A DNA stretch of 64,000 nucleotides from Thalassobaculaceae bacterium (GCA_040223655.1 JAVKFT010000028.1:234230-298229); one strand, 5' to 3'; counted from the stretch's first letter, positions 19,988 through 30,935 are shown. Notes: generated by a model not told the origin, from the sequence alone. Made by a program: numbers and translations.

Positions 19988-20953
19988 TCAGGCGATCTTC
20001 CCGCCGAGCTCGTCCTCGATGAAAGCGCGGATGATGCTCTGCATGTCCGTATCGCGTTTGAAGCCCATCGCGTCGGCCCGCGTTGTCTCCAGTCGGGAGG
20101 GCCAGCCGTAGACGATCTTCTCGATCGCCGCATCCGGCTGCCACTTCACCCGTGCCGCCACCTCGGGACCGGCGACCGCCTCCAGCGCGTCGACCATTCC
20201 GCGCACCGTGGCGGTGAAGCCGGGCAGCGGTACCGTGCGCCAGGGACCGAAGGCCGACCCGTCGAGATCGTGGGCATGGCGGGTATTGGCGACGATGGTG
20301 CGGGGGCTGGCGAGCCACATCTCGGTCTCCGGCGCCACCGGGCAGACCGCCTCGTCGCCCTGAAGCGGCTCGCGGATGATCGAGCTGGCGAAGGTCGAGG
20401 CCGCCTTGTTCGGCTTGCCCGGCCGCACCACCACCGTCGGGTAGCGCAGGCTGCGGCCGTCCACATAGCCCTTGCGGGCGTAGTCGTTCACCAGAAGCTC
20501 GCCGATCGCCTTCTGCACGCCGTAGGAGTTCTGCGGCGTGATCTGCTGGTTGTCGCTCACCACGTCGGGCAGATCACCGCCATAGACCGCGCAGGAGCTG
20601 GAGAACACCAGCTTCGGCAGGTTGCCGTGCTTGCGGGCGATCTCCAGGATCGTGCGGGTGGCGTCCAGGTTGACCGCCATGCCGAGGTCGAAATCCGCCT
20701 CCGCCCCCGCGCTCACAACGGCGGCGAGGTGGAAGACGCTGTCGGTATCGGCGCGGATCGCGTCGGCGAGCAGATCCTCATCTGTGACGTCGCCGACGAT
20801 CGAGCGGACGCGGCTGTCGCCGGCGAGCTCCTCCGGCGCCTCGACCATGTCGGCCAGCACAAGCTCTTCCACCGCAAGCGCGTTGTCGTCCAGCAGCGTG
20901 CGGGCGAGCTTCTTGCCGAGGAACCCGGCACCGCCGGTGATCGCGATCTTCAT
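19988..20953 (-). CDS. denD: D-erythronate dehydrogenase (extended SDR)
   Basis: TGGAGFLG, HLAAVVSAGAEADFDLG, YGVQK, VVRPGKPNKAASTFAS; next to otnI/otnK. Confidence 0.85.
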   Translation of the reverse strand: MKIAITGGAGFLGKKLARTLLDDNALAVEELVLADMVEAPEELAGDSRVRSIVGDVTDEDLLADAIRADTDSVFHLAAVVSAGAEADFDLGMAVNLDATRTILEIARKHGNLPKLVFSSSCAVYGGDLPDVVSDNQQITPQNSYGVQKAIGELLVNDYARKGYVDGRSLRYPTVVVRPGKPNKAASTFASSIIREPLQGDEAVCPVAPETEMWLASPRTIVANTRHAHDLDGSAFGPWRTVPLPGFTATVRGMVDALEAVAGPEVAARVKWQPDAAIEKIVYGWPSRLETTRADAMGFKRDTDMQSIIRAFIEDELGGKIA

Positions 20954-20996
20954 GGTTTCCGTCCCCTGATGTCTTTCTGTCTGGTGCCGAGGCGGC

Positions 20997-21776
20997 TCAG
21001 CGGGTCAGCGCCTTGAACCATCCGAGCCCCTCGATCGTCCCTGCCTTGGGCCGGTACTCGCAGCCGACCCAGCCGTCATAGCCGAGCCGGTCCATGGTCT
21101 CGAACAGGTAGGGATAGTTGACCTCGCCGATATTGGGCTCGTGGCGTTCGGGCACCCCGGCGATCTGCACGTGGCGGATGATGTCCAGGTGCTTCTCGAA
21201 GGTCTTCGCCGTGTCGCCCTGCATGATCTGGCAGTGATAGAAATCGAACTGCAGGCCGACATTGTCCGCGCCGACCGCCTCGATGATGGTGCGGGCCTGT
21301 TCCTGGTAGTTGAGGAAGTAGCCCGGGATGTCGCGGGTGTTGATCGGCTCGATGATCAGGGTCTTGCCCTTGGCCGCCGCTTTGGGGGCGGCACGTTTCA
21401 GGTTCGAGACGAGCGTGTCGGTGCAGGCCTCCGGCGTCATGCCGTCGGTCATGATCCCGCTCATCACGTGCAACAGGTCGTTGCCGATCACCTCGGCATA
21501 GGACAGGGCCTTGTCGATGGCGGCGTCGAACTCCGCCTCGCGCCCCGGCATGGCGCCGAGACCGCGCTCGCCCTTGGTCCAGTCGCCCGGCGGCAGGTTG
21601 AACAGCGCCTGGGTGAGGCCCGCCGCCTCAAGCTTGGCGCGGATCTCGACCGCCTCGTGCTCGTAGGGGAACAGGAACTCCACCCCCTCGAACCCGGCCA
21701 TCTGGGCGGCGTCGAAGCGGTCGAGGAAATCCACCTCGTTGAACATCATCGACAGATTGGCGGCGAATTTCACCAT
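20997..21776 (-). CDS. otnI: 2-oxo-tetronate isomerase (hydroxypyruvate isomerase family)
   Basis: [48 protein letters not shown]. Confidence 0.88.
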   Translation of the reverse strand: MVKFAANLSMMFNEVDFLDRFDAAQMAGFEGVEFLFPYEHEAVEIRAKLEAAGLTQALFNLPPGDWTKGERGLGAMPGREAEFDAAIDKALSYAEVIGNDLLHVMSGIMTDGMTPEACTDTLVSNLKRAAPKAAAKGKTLIIEPINTRDIPGYFLNYQEQARTIIEAVGADNVGLQFDFYHCQIMQGDTAKTFEKHLDIIRHVQIAGVPERHEPNIGEVNYPYLFETMDRLGYDGWVGCEYRPKAGTIEGLGWFKALTR

Positions 21777-21873
21777 GGCGTCCCGATCCCGTGTCCTTAT
21801 GCTTTCAGCCAACGATACGCGGGCCGCCGGTCGCGGCCAAGGCGTCAGACAAACCGACGACCGGGGGAAACGA

Positions 21874-23148
21874 ATGGCACCGATCCTGGGCTGCGTGGCC
21901 GACGACTTCACCGGCGCGACCGACCTCGCCAACAACCTCGTCCGCGGCGGCATGCGGACGGTCCAGCTCATCGGCGTGCCGGGACCGGAGACCGCAGTCC
22001 CCGACGTGGACGCCATCGTCGTCGCCCTGAAATCCCGCACCAACCCCGCCGCCGAGGCCGTCGACATGTCGGTCGCCGCCCTCGACTGGCTGAAGACGGC
22101 GGGCTGCCGCCGCTTCCTGTTCAAGTACTGCTCGACCTTCGATTCGACCGACGCCGGCAATATCGGTCCGGTCGCGGATGCCCTGCTCGACCGGCTGGGG
22201 GCCGACTTCACCATCGCCTGCCCCGCCTTTCCGGAGACCGGGCGGACCATCTTCAAGGGCCATCTCTTCGTCGGGGACCAGCTCCTCTCCGACACCCATA
22301 TGCGGCACCACCCGCTGACCCCGATGACCGACAGCAACCTCGTCGCCGTGCTCGGCCGGCAGACCGCGCGCAAGGTCGGCCTCATTCAGCACCGCGACAT
22401 CCAAGGCGGCGTCGACGCCATCCGCGCCAAGGTCGACGCCCTGAAGGCGGAGGGCTGCGGCTACGCGATCCTCGATTCGGTGGACGACGTACAGCTTCAC
22501 ACGGCGGGCGAGGCCCTGGCCGACCTCGATCTGATCACCGGCGGTTCCGGCATCGCCATAGGCCTGCCCGAGGCCTACCGCCGCCGCGGGATGCTGGCCC
22601 CGGCGCCGGGCGCCGACGCGGTGCCGGCGGTGCCGGGCCGAGCCGCCGTGGTCGCAGGCTCCTGCTCGGCGGCGACGCTGGGTCAGATCGCCGAATGGGA
22701 GAAGCAGCACCCGTCCTTCAACGTCGACCCACTGAAACTGGCCGACGGCGCGGATGTGGTCGCGGAGGCCCTGGCCTTCGCCCGCGAGCGGATCGCCGAC
22801 GGCCCGGTGCTGATCTACGCCTCCGCGCCGCCGGAGGTGGTGAAGTCGATCCAGGATCGGCTCGGCCGGGCGGAGGCGGGGGAACTGGTCGAAAGCGCCA
22901 TGGCCCGGATCGCCAAGGCCCTGGTTGACGAGGACGGGGTCCGCCGCCTCGTGGTCGCCGGCGGCGAGACCTCGGGCGCGGTCGTCTCCGCGCTCGGCGT
23001 GACCGGCCTGCATATCGGCGCCCAGATCGACCCCGGCGTGCCCGGTACGGTGACCTTGGGAACCGGCGAGCCGATCGCGCTCGCCCTCAAGTCCGGCAAT
23101 TTTGGCGCCCCCGACTTCTTCGAGAAGGCCCTGCGGGAAATGGCCTGA
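21874..23148 (+). CDS. otnK: 3-oxo-tetronate kinase (four-carbon acid sugar kinase, DUF1537)
   Basis: [47 protein letters not shown]. Confidence 0.93.
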   Translation: MAPILGCVADDFTGATDLANNLVRGGMRTVQLIGVPGPETAVPDVDAIVVALKSRTNPAAEAVDMSVAALDWLKTAGCRRFLFKYCSTFDSTDAGNIGPVADALLDRLGADFTIACPAFPETGRTIFKGHLFVGDQLLSDTHMRHHPLTPMTDSNLVAVLGRQTARKVGLIQHRDIQGGVDAIRAKVDALKAEGCGYAILDSVDDVQLHTAGEALADLDLITGGSGIAIGLPEAYRRRGMLAPAPGADAVPAVPGRAAVVAGSCSAATLGQIAEWEKQHPSFNVDPLKLADGADVVAEALAFARERIADGPVLIYASAPPEVVKSIQDRLGRAEAGELVESAMARIAKALVDEDGVRRLVVAGGETSGAVVSALGVTGLHIGAQIDPGVPGTVTLGTGEPIALALKSGNFGAPDFFEKALREMA

Positions 23149-23167
23149 CAGCTCAAACCCCTCAGCG

Positions 23168-23267
23168 CACTCCCCGGCCTTGTGCCGGAGCCCACGTCCG
23201 GGACTGCACACTCATTGGGCCGGATGTGCCGGACGAGCCGTAGGCCCCGGCACAAGGCCGGGGGATC
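23168..23267. repeat. Single REPIN-like unit (family 1 variant) between convergent otnK and mutY
   Basis: CACTCCCCGGCCTTGTGCCGGAG ... CCCCGGCACAAGGCCGGGG inverted pair. Confidence 0.75.
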
Positions 23268-23294
23268 TCGTTAGGAAGATAGCGAGGGCGCTCC

Positions 23295-24368
23295 CTACCC
23301 CAGATGCGCCATCGCGTGGCGCACCACCTTGGCCATGACGGTCGGCAGGGCCGCCTCGCCGAGACGGTCGACCGGCCACCAGCGGGCATCGGTGACCGGC
23401 GGGCCATGCTCGACCCGGCCGGACAGCACCGTCAGTTCCAGATGGAAATGGGTGAAGGTGTGGCGCACGACCCCGGGCAGCTCGCGCCAGGCCACACCCT
23501 CGACCGGCGCATGGACGCCCGCATCGCCGCTCGGTGCGTCTTCGCTCCAGGGCGAGGACGGCACCTCCTGCATGCCGCCGAGCAGGCCGCTCTCCGGGCG
23601 GCGGCGCAGGAGGATCGCGCCGTCGCCGTCGATCAGGAAGAAGCAGGTGCCGCGCCGGGTCGGCTTGGTCTTCTTCGGGGCCTTGCGCGGCAGCTCCTCG
23701 GCCACCCCCTCCAAGCGGGCGACGCAGGCGTCGGACCAAGGGCAGGTCAGGCATTTCGGCTTGCGCGGGGTGCAGACCGTGGCGCCCAGATCCATGATGG
23801 CCTGGGCGTAATCTCCGGCCCGTTCCGCCGGCGTGATCTCGGCAGCACGCGCCTTCAGTTTCGGCTTGGACGCCGGCAGCGGATCGGTCACCCGGCGCAG
23901 GCGGGCGACCACCCGCTCCACATTGCCGTCGAGGATGGTCGCCGGCCGGTCGAAGGCGATGGCGGCGATGGCCGCCGCCGTGTAGTCGCCGATTCCCGGC
24001 AGCGTCTTCAGTCCCGCCTCGGTGTCCGGAAACCGCCCGCGGTGGTCGGCAGCGACCGCAACGGCGCAGCGATGCAGGTTGCGGGCCCGGGCGTAGTAGC
24101 CGAGCCCCGCCCATTCGCTCAGCACCGCGTCCAGGTCCGCAGCCGCCAGGGCCTCGACCGACGGCCATCGCGCCGTGAACCGTTGGAAATAGGGCCCCAC
24201 GGTCGCCACCGTGGTCTGCTGAAGCATGATCTCGCTGAGCCAGACCCGGTACGGGTCGGGCGTCTCCCCCGGCTCGGCGCGCCAGGGCAGGCGCCGGCGA
24301 TGCCGGTCGTACCAGGCGAGCAGGCGGCGGGAGAGGTCGGCGGGCGGTATCGGTGCGGCAGCGGTCAT
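23295..24368 (-). CDS. mutY: A/G-specific adenine glycosylase
   Basis: WLSEIMLQQT, WAGLGYYARARN, LPGIGDYTA, DGNVERV, CTPRKPKCLTCP..C Fe-S motif. Confidence 0.97.
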   Translation of the reverse strand: MTAAAPIPPADLSRRLLAWYDRHRRRLPWRAEPGETPDPYRVWLSEIMLQQTTVATVGPYFQRFTARWPSVEALAAADLDAVLSEWAGLGYYARARNLHRCAVAVAADHRGRFPDTEAGLKTLPGIGDYTAAAIAAIAFDRPATILDGNVERVVARLRRVTDPLPASKPKLKARAAEITPAERAGDYAQAIMDLGATVCTPRKPKCLTCPWSDACVARLEGVAEELPRKAPKKTKPTRRGTCFFLIDGDGAILLRRRPESGLLGGMQEVPSSPWSEDAPSGDAGVHAPVEGVAWRELPGVVRHTFTHFHLELTVLSGRVEHGPPVTDARWWPVDRLGEAALPTVMAKVVRHAMAHLG

Positions 24369-24440
24369 CGCCGCAGAAGATAGCCTGGGACGGCGCCGAT
24401 GCCATATGCTTGGGCAACACATCCGACGGGACCGGGAGCC

Positions 24441-25019
24441 ATGGCGGCGAAGAGCAGCAAGACGGCAGAGCGCGCAGATGCCTCGGCGACGGGGACCAGG
24501 GAGGTCCGGCGCGGCGGCATGCGCGCCCTGTCCTACCTGGCGCCGGGCCTGACCGATCCCCTGTTCCGCAAGCGCGGCTTCGTCGAAGGCCGCATCCCCC
24601 GCGACTGGCCGCAGATCGTCGGCGCGGACCTCGCCCGCTTCTGCGCGCCCGAGTCGCTCGATTTCCCGAGAGGGCGGCGGGACGGCGCGACCCTGCGGGT
24701 CGTCGCCCTTCCCGGACGGGCACTGGAGCTCCAGCATCTCGCACCGCAGATCATCGAACGGGTGAACGGCCATTTCGGCTGGGCGGCGGTGGCGCGGCTG
24801 ACCCTGCGCCAGGGCCTACTGCCGGCGCCGCCGAAATCGACCCGGCCCCGGTTGCGCCCGCTGGCGGAACGCGAGAAAACCGCAATCCGGGCGCAGGTGG
24901 AGAGTGTGACCGACCCGTCGCTGCGCGACCGACTCGCCGCGCTCGGCGAAGCCCTGGCCGGCCGCGCGCCGGAGCGCTCCGGCCCGGGGACCGTCGGAGG
25001 AAACGACGACGGAACCTGA
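24441..25019 (+). CDS. DUF721 / DciA-family protein
   Basis: W.QIVG..LA...PE...G.TL....ALELQH....IIERVNGHFG..AV..L; mutY-DUF721-dsbA-smc synteny known in alphaproteobacteria. Confidence 0.8.
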   Translation: MAAKSSKTAERADASATGTREVRRGGMRALSYLAPGLTDPLFRKRGFVEGRIPRDWPQIVGADLARFCAPESLDFPRGRRDGATLRVVALPGRALELQHLAPQIIERVNGHFGWAAVARLTLRQGLLPAPPKSTRPRLRPLAEREKTAIRAQVESVTDPSLRDRLAALGEALAGRAPERSGPGTVGGNDDGT

Positions 25020-25131
25020 CGTCAGGTCACGGAAGCCGGAAAATGGCCGCAATCGCGGACTATCCGGAACACTTGCCGCGCCGAGGAGACTCGGCGTAAT
25101 GTCCTCAACATCTGGTGTGCGGGAGCAGGGA

Positions 25132-25746
25132 ATGCATCGCAGAACACTAAATCTTGGTATTCTTGGTCTGGCCGGAGCCGCGCTGGCCCCGTCTCTCGCG
25201 CGCGCCGCCGAGGAGGTCGATCTCGAGGCAGCCATGGCGCCGCGGGTGCTCGGCGATCCGGACGCGCCGCTCACGATGATCGAGTTTTCGTCGCTGACCT
25301 GCCCGCACTGCGCCTCTTTCCACGAGCAGAGCTACAAGCGGATCGTCGAGACCTATGTCGACACCGGCCGCATCAAGTTCGAGCTGCGCGACTTCCCGCT
25401 GGACCAGTACGCGCTGCGCGCCTCGGCCATGGCCCGGGCGATCGACGGGAAGGCGTATTTCGCGCTGATCGACCTGCTCTTCAAACAGCAGTCGAGCTGG
25501 ACCCGCTCCTCCAACCCGCTCGACTCGGTCAAGAAGATCGGCCGCCTCGCCGGCATCCCGGCCCAGACGGCCGACGCCTACATGACCGACAACGCGCTGC
25601 TGGACGCGATCCTCAACGGCCGGATCGCCGCTCAGAACGCCTTCGACGTCAACTCGACGCCGACCTTCGTGATCGGCGAGGAGGTGATCCGCGGCAACGA
25701 GCGGTTCGAGACCTTCCAGGACGCGATCGAGGGTCAGCTCGCCTGA
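25132..25746 (+). CDS. DsbA-like thioredoxin-fold protein
   Basis: EFSSLTCPHCASFH, DFPLD, NSTPTF; RR-containing signal peptide. Confidence 0.9.
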   Translation: MHRRTLNLGILGLAGAALAPSLARAAEEVDLEAAMAPRVLGDPDAPLTMIEFSSLTCPHCASFHEQSYKRIVETYVDTGRIKFELRDFPLDQYALRASAMARAIDGKAYFALIDLLFKQQSSWTRSSNPLDSVKKIGRLAGIPAQTADAYMTDNALLDAILNGRIAAQNAFDVNSTPTFVIGEEVIRGNERFETFQDAIEGQLA

Positions 25747-25771
25747 CCCCTGCCGACGGAGACCCATCACG

Positions 25772-28700
25772 GTGCATTTCAGCAAACTGCGTCTGACCGG
25801 GTTCAAGTCCTTCGTCGAGCCGACCGAACTGGTCATCGAGGAGGGTCTGACCGGCGTGGTGGGTCCCAACGGCTGCGGCAAGTCGAACCTGGTCGAGGCG
25901 CTGCGCTGGGTGATGGGCGAGACCTCCGCTAAGCAGATGCGCGGCGGCGGCATGGACGACGTCATCTTCGGCGGCACCGACTCCCGCCCGGCCCGCAACA
26001 TGGCGGAAGTCGGCCTCCTCGTCGCCAACGACGATCACCGGGCGCCGGCTCAGTTCAACGACTCCGACGAACTTGAGATCACCCGCCGGATCGAGCGCGA
26101 GAAGGGGTCGCACTACCGGGTGAACGGCAAGGACGTGCGCGCCCGCGACGTCCAGCTCCTGTTCGCCGACGCCGCGACCGGCGCGCGCTCGGCCGGTCTG
26201 GTCAGCCAGGGCAAGATCGGCAGCATCGTCCAGGCCAAGGCCTCCGACCGGCGGGCGCTGCTGGAGGAGGCGGCGAACATCCGCGGGCTGCACACCCGGC
26301 GGCACGAGGCGGAGCTGCGGCTTCGGGCGGCCGAGCAAAACCTGGAACGGCTGGACGACGTTTTGAAGGCGCTGGAGGGTCAGCGCTCGGCCCTGCGTCG
26401 GCAGGCTCGGCAGGCCCAGAGGTACCGCGACCTCAGCGAGAAAATCCGACAGGCGGAATCCATCGTCCTGCACGCACGCTGGACCCATACGATGGAGGAG
26501 CGGCGCAAAGCCGGCACCGCCCTGGCCGAATCGCGGGACCGGGTCACCACGGCCACCCAGGCCGCCGCCGCCGCCAGCACCGCCCAGAGCGATTCCGCGG
26601 CCAGCCTGCCCGGTCTGCGCCAGAGTGAGGCCGAGGCGTCGGCCGAGCTGCAGCGCCTGACCGTCGCCCGAAGCGAACTCGACGCCGAAGAACGCCGGAT
26701 CGTCACGGCCCGCAGCGAAGCCGAGACCCGGCTGCGTCAGATCGCCGACGATGTGGTCCGCGAGAAGACCCTGGTCGAGGAGGCCGCGGCGTCTTTGGCC
26801 AGACTGACCGGGGAACGGGACTCCCTGGTCGCCGCCGGCGACGGCGAGGCCGAGGCCCAGGAGGCCAGCGCCGCCGCCCTCGCCAAGGCCAACCGGGACG
26901 CCGAGGAGGCGGAGGAGGCGGTGCACAAGACGACCGAGGCGATCGCCGTGGCCGACGCCCGCCGGGCGGCGCTGGAACGTCAGGTCCGCCAGGCCGAGGA
27001 GCGGATCGCCCGGCTCGACCGCCAGCAGGCGGATCTGGCCGAACGGCGCGCGGATCTCGTCCGCCAGGCCGTCCCCGAGGCAGAGCGGAGCGCCGCCGAA
27101 GACGCCGTGTCCCAGGCCGCCGCCGCCGCGGAGTCGGCCGAAGCCGCGATCCCCGCGGCCCAGCAGGCACGCGGCGCCGCCGCGGACGCGGAGAAGGCGG
27201 CGCGGACGGCAGCCCGGGAGATCGAAGCAGCCGCCTCGGAACTGGAGACCGAAGCGACTGGGCTGCGGCGTCTGCTGATGCAGGCCAAGGACGAGGCAGC
27301 CCCCATCGTCGACGACGTTACGGTCGCGCCCGGCTACGAGGCCGCCCTGGGGGCCGCACTCGGCGACGATCTGGAAGCGCCGGCACTCGCCGCCGACGCG
27401 GAGGCCAGTGCCGGCGGCTGGCGCGCGGGAGCAAGGGCGACCGACAGTGGATGGCCGGCCGGGATCGACCCGCTCGCCCCCCATGTCACAGCACCGGCGG
27501 CGCTTGCGGCCCGCCTCGCCAGCATCGGCATCGCCGCCGACCCGGCGGCCGCGGCGGCGGCGCAGACCGCCCTCGCCCCCGGCATGCGCCTCGTGACCCG
27601 CGACGGCGGCATGTGGCGCTGGGACGGATTCGTGCAGACCCCGGGGGCGCCGAGCGCGGCCGCCATCCGGCTGGAGCGCCGCAACCGGCTCGCCGAGCTC
27701 GACCGTCAGCTCGCCGACCGGCGCGGCGCCCTGGACGTCGCGCGCTCCGAGGCGGAGCACGCCGCCGAACGCGCCGCCGAGGCCCTGGAGGCGGTCGAAA
27801 CGGCCAGACGCGCCCGCGACGCGGCGTCGGACAGCCTGTCGCGCGCGAAATCCGCCGCCGCCGAGATCGAGTCCCGGGTCGCCGCCGTCGACACCAAGCT
27901 GGCTGCCCTGGACGACGGCGCGGCCCGCCTGGCCGGCGAGCGGGAGGAGGCCACGACCGCCGACGCCCAGGCGAAGGCGGAGCTGGAGACGGTGCCCGAC
28001 GTCGAGGCGCTGCGGGCCGATTCCGCGCGCCTGCGCGCCGCGCTCTCCGAATGCCGGGCCGAGCTGGTGGAGGCACGGACCGAGCATGACCGGTTGGTGC
28101 GCGACGCCGAGGCGCGCCGCACCCGGCTGTCCTCGACCGAGGGCGAGATCGCATCCTGGGAGCAGCGGCGCGAGCGGGCCGAGGGACGGCTCGCCGACCT
28201 CGACAGCCGCCGGCAGTCGGAGGAGGCGGAGATCGCCCGGCTCGCCTCGCGCCCGGCCGAAATCGCCGAGGAGCGCGAGAAGGTCGTCGGTCTGATCGAG
28301 ACCTCGGACCTCAAGCGCAAGCAGGCCGCCGACGCCCTCGTCTCGGCCGAGAGCCGCCAGACCGAGCTCGACCGGGTGGCCCGGGAGGCGGAACGCGCCG
28401 CCGGCGAGGCGCGCGAGGCTCGGATCCGCGCCGAGGCCCAGCTCGAGCAGATCAACCAGACGCTGCGGGTCGAGCGCGAGCGCATTCTCGAACGGCTGGA
28501 ATGCACGCCGGACGAGATCCTGGTCAAGGCGGGGATCGATCCCGAGGCGCCGCTTCCCGATCCCGAGCAGACCCAGCGCACCCTCGACCGGCTGAGCGGC
28601 GAGCGCGAGGGACTGGGTCCGGTCAACCTGCGGGCCGAGACGGAACTCGAGGAACTCGACGAGCAGATCGAGGGCATGGAGCGGGAGCGCGACGACCTGA

Positions 28701-29239
28701 CCGGCGCGATCCAGCGCCTGCGCAGCGCCATCGCCGCCCTGAACAAGGAGGGACGCGAGCGGCTTCTGGCCGCGTTCAACCAGGTCGACGGTCATTTCCA
28801 GACGCTGTTCCGGCGGCTGTTCGGCGGCGGCGAGGCGCACCTGAAGCTGACCGAGGCGGACGACCCGCTGGAAGCCGGGCTGGAGATCATGGCCAGCCCG
28901 CCGGGCAAGAAGATGCAGCACCTGTCGCTGCTCTCCGGCGGCGAGCAGGCGCTGACCGCCGCCGCCCTGGTCTTCGCGGTGTTCCTGACCAACCCGTCGC
29001 CGATCTGCGTGCTTGACGAGGTCGACGCTCCGCTGGACGACACCAACGTCGATCGCTTCTGCTCGCTGCTGCAGGACATCGTCAAGGAGACCGGCACCCG
29101 GTTCCTGGTCATCACCCACCACCGGATGACCATGGCCCGCATGGATCGGCTGTTCGGCGTCACCATGGCGGAGCGGGGCGTCAGCCAGCTCGTCTCCGTC
29201 GATCTGGCGCGCGCGGAGCGGCTTCGCGACGCAGGCTAA
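25772..29239 (+). CDS. smc: Chromosome segregation protein SMC
   Basis: GFKSF, GPNGCGKSN, long coiled coils, GPVNL, LSGGE, LDEVDAPLD, ITH. Confidence 0.97.
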   Translation: MHFSKLRLTGFKSFVEPTELVIEEGLTGVVGPNGCGKSNLVEALRWVMGETSAKQMRGGGMDDVIFGGTDSRPARNMAEVGLLVANDDHRAPAQFNDSDELEITRRIEREKGSHYRVNGKDVRARDVQLLFADAATGARSAGLVSQGKIGSIVQAKASDRRALLEEAANIRGLHTRRHEAELRLRAAEQNLERLDDVLKALEGQRSALRRQARQAQRYRDLSEKIRQAESIVLHARWTHTMEERRKAGTALAESRDRVTTATQAAAAASTAQSDSAASLPGLRQSEAEASAELQRLTVARSELDAEERRIVTARSEAETRLRQIADDVVREKTLVEEAAASLARLTGERDSLVAAGDGEAEAQEASAAALAKANRDAEEAEEAVHKTTEAIAVADARRAALERQVRQAEERIARLDRQQADLAERRADLVRQAVPEAERSAAEDAVSQAAAAAESAEAAIPAAQQARGAAADAEKAARTAAREIEAAASELETEATGLRRLLMQAKDEAAPIVDDVTVAPGYEAALGAALGDDLEAPALAADAEASAGGWRAGARATDSGWPAGIDPLAPHVTAPAALAARLASIGIAADPAAAAAAQTALAPGMRLVTRDGGMWRWDGFVQTPGAPSAAAIRLERRNRLAELDRQLADRRGALDVARSEAEHAAERAAEALEAVETARRARDAASDSLSRAKSAAAEIESRVAAVDTKLAALDDGAARLAGEREEATTADAQAKAELETVPDVEALRADSARLRAALSECRAELVEARTEHDRLVRDAEARRTRLSSTEGEIASWEQRRERAEGRLADLDSRRQSEEAEIARLASRPAEIAEEREKVVGLIETSDLKRKQAADALVSAESRQTELDRVAREAERAAGEAREARIRAEAQLEQINQTLRVERERILERLECTPDEILVKAGIDPEAPLPDPEQTQRTLDRLSGEREGLGPVNLRAETELEELDEQIEGMERERDDLTGAIQRLRSAIAALNKEGRERLLAAFNQVDGHFQTLFRRLFGGGEAHLKLTEADDPLEAGLEIMASPPGKKMQHLSLLSGGEQALTAAALVFAVFLTNPSPICVLDEVDAPLDDTNVDRFCSLLQDIVKETGTRFLVITHHRMTMARMDRLFGVTMAERGVSQLVSVDLARAERLRDAG

Positions 29240-29306
29240 AACACTTCCGAAGATTTTCTGTTATTTATCAGATGCTTGCAGACCGTTTCGCAGTGCGGCC
29301 GCAGCC

Positions 29307-29335
29307 TTGACACCCTATAAGGGCCTGCGTATGGT
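29307..29335 (+). promoter_or_regulatory. sigma70-type promoter of the F0 atp operon
   Basis: TTGACA-N17-TATGGT. Confidence 0.7.
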
Positions 29336-29446
29336 TGCGCCGCTTCGCCGGGGGTCCGGCAAGCACGGGATTCGTCGCGTCCATGGAGGCGTCGGGGTCC
29401 GGATCGAAGCGCTTTCGGGACCCGCCCGTCGGGTCTGGTATGGGGA

Positions 29447-29857
29447 ATGGACGACAGGAAATCCCCTCCCTCGCTTGAAAGCCTTGCCGACCGCGTCAAG
29501 CGGGCGCGAGGCGGCGGGGACCGAGATCGGCGCAAAGGTCTGGAATCCACTCTTCCGAGCAGCGCGATGGGGCTCGCCTTCCGCGTCGGCGTCGAGCTTG
29601 TGGCCGGTGTCATCGTGGGGGCGGCGATCGGATACGGGCTCGATCAATGGCTGGGCACCTCGCCCTGGATGTTGATCGTGTTTTTCTTTCTCGGGGCCGC
29701 AGGCGGGATGATGAACGTCTACCGCGCGGCCACAGGACAGGGCCTCGCGGTCGGGTACGACAAGAACCCGGACGATGACGGCCCGAACGGAGTTGGCCCG
29801 AAAGGGTCGGATCATTCGGACGGCGGTTCGCCGGACGGCGGTAAAAAAGAGGGGTAG
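29447..29857 (+). CDS. atpI: ATP synthase protein I (AtpZ/AtpI)
   Basis: GVELVAGVIVGAAIGYGLDQWLGTSPW...GAAGGMMNVYR. Confidence 0.92.
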   Translation: MDDRKSPPSLESLADRVKRARGGGDRDRRKGLESTLPSSAMGLAFRVGVELVAGVIVGAAIGYGLDQWLGTSPWMLIVFFFLGAAGGMMNVYRAATGQGLAVGYDKNPDDDGPNGVGPKGSDHSDGGSPDGGKKEG

Positions 29858-29860
29858 CAG

Positions 29861-30586
29861 GTGGCGTCTCCGGTCGAACAGTTTCAGATCAAGACCATTG
29901 GCCCGGACCTCCATGTCGCGGGCATGGACATCTCGTTCACCAACTCGGCCGCCTTCATGATCCTGGCGACCGTGGTCGTGGGCGTGTTCCTGACCCAGTC
30001 GATGAGCGGACGGCACCTGGTGCCGACCCGCATCCAGTCGATGGCGGAACTGTCCTACGAGTTCATCGCCAACATGGTGCGCGAGAATGTCGGCTCCGAA
30101 GGCCGGCCCTACTTCCCGCTGATCTTCACGCTGTTCATGTTCATCCTGGCCGGCAACCTGCTGGGCATGATCCCCTACAGCTACACCTTCACCAGCCAGA
30201 TCATCGTGACCTTCGCCATGGCGATCACGGTGTTCATCGCCGTGACGATCATCGCCCTGCTGAAGCACGGCACCCATTTCTTCAGCTACTTCCTGCCGGA
30301 AGGCGCGCCGGTCGTGCTGGCGCCGCTGCTGATCGTGATCGAGGTGCTGTCCTACCTGTCGCGCCCGATCAGCCTGTCGGTGCGACTGTTCGCCAACATG
30401 ATGGCCGGCCACACCATGATGAAGGTGTTCGGCGGCTTCGTGGTCGCGCTCGGCATCTTCGGCGTGGCGCCGCTCGCGGTCCTGGTCGCGCTGACGGCAT
30501 TCGAAGTCCTGGTCGCGGTGCTGCAAGCCTACGTGTTCGCGATCCTGACCTGCATCTATCTCCACGACGCGATCCATCTGCACTAA
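29861..30586 (+). CDS. atpB: ATP synthase F0 subunit a
   Basis: FTNSA, RPISLSVRLFANMMAGH, LQAYVF. Confidence 0.97.
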   Translation: MASPVEQFQIKTIGPDLHVAGMDISFTNSAAFMILATVVVGVFLTQSMSGRHLVPTRIQSMAELSYEFIANMVRENVGSEGRPYFPLIFTLFMFILAGNLLGMIPYSYTFTSQIIVTFAMAITVFIAVTIIALLKHGTHFFSYFLPEGAPVVLAPLLIVIEVLSYLSRPISLSVRLFANMMAGHTMMKVFGGFVVALGIFGVAPLAVLVALTAFEVLVAVLQAYVFAILTCIYLHDAIHLH

Positions 30587-30649
30587 CCGATCCCGTCGCG
30601 AGTAGCCCAACCAGCCTCTAACCTCCCAACGAACGGAAGGATAAGACCC

Positions 30650-30874
30650 ATGGAACTCGAAGCCGCCAAGATGATCGGAGCCGGTCTTGCCGTTATCGCC
30701 CTCATGGGTGTCGGCGTCGGTATCGGCAACATCTTCTCGACCCTGATCGCGTCGATCGCCCGCAACCCGGCGGCCCGCGGCGAAGTGTTCGGCATCGGCA
30801 TTCTGGGCTTCGCCCTGACGGAAGCCGTCGCGCTGTTCGCGCTGCTGATCGCGTTCCTCATCCTGTTCACCTGA
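30650..30874 (+). CDS. atpE: ATP synthase F0 subunit c
   Basis: GVGVGIG, ARNP, FALTEAV. Confidence 0.97.
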   Translation: MELEAAKMIGAGLAVIALMGVGVGIGNIFSTLIASIARNPAARGEVFGIGILGFALTEAVALFALLIAFLILFT

Positions 30875-30935
30875 TCCGGTTCCGGGTGCCCGCCGTCCGG
30901 CCGGCACCCTCGACCCCCGTCAGGAGGATGACGAC

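Noticed and set aside
25649-29122. 1157-aa antisense ORF over smc, and similar long shadow ORFs (e.g. 1906..3480, 46436..48394, 54743..56554, 59160..61217)
   Set aside because: They mirror well-supported genes on the opposite strand, have no recognisable motifs and are expected from high-GC codon bias.
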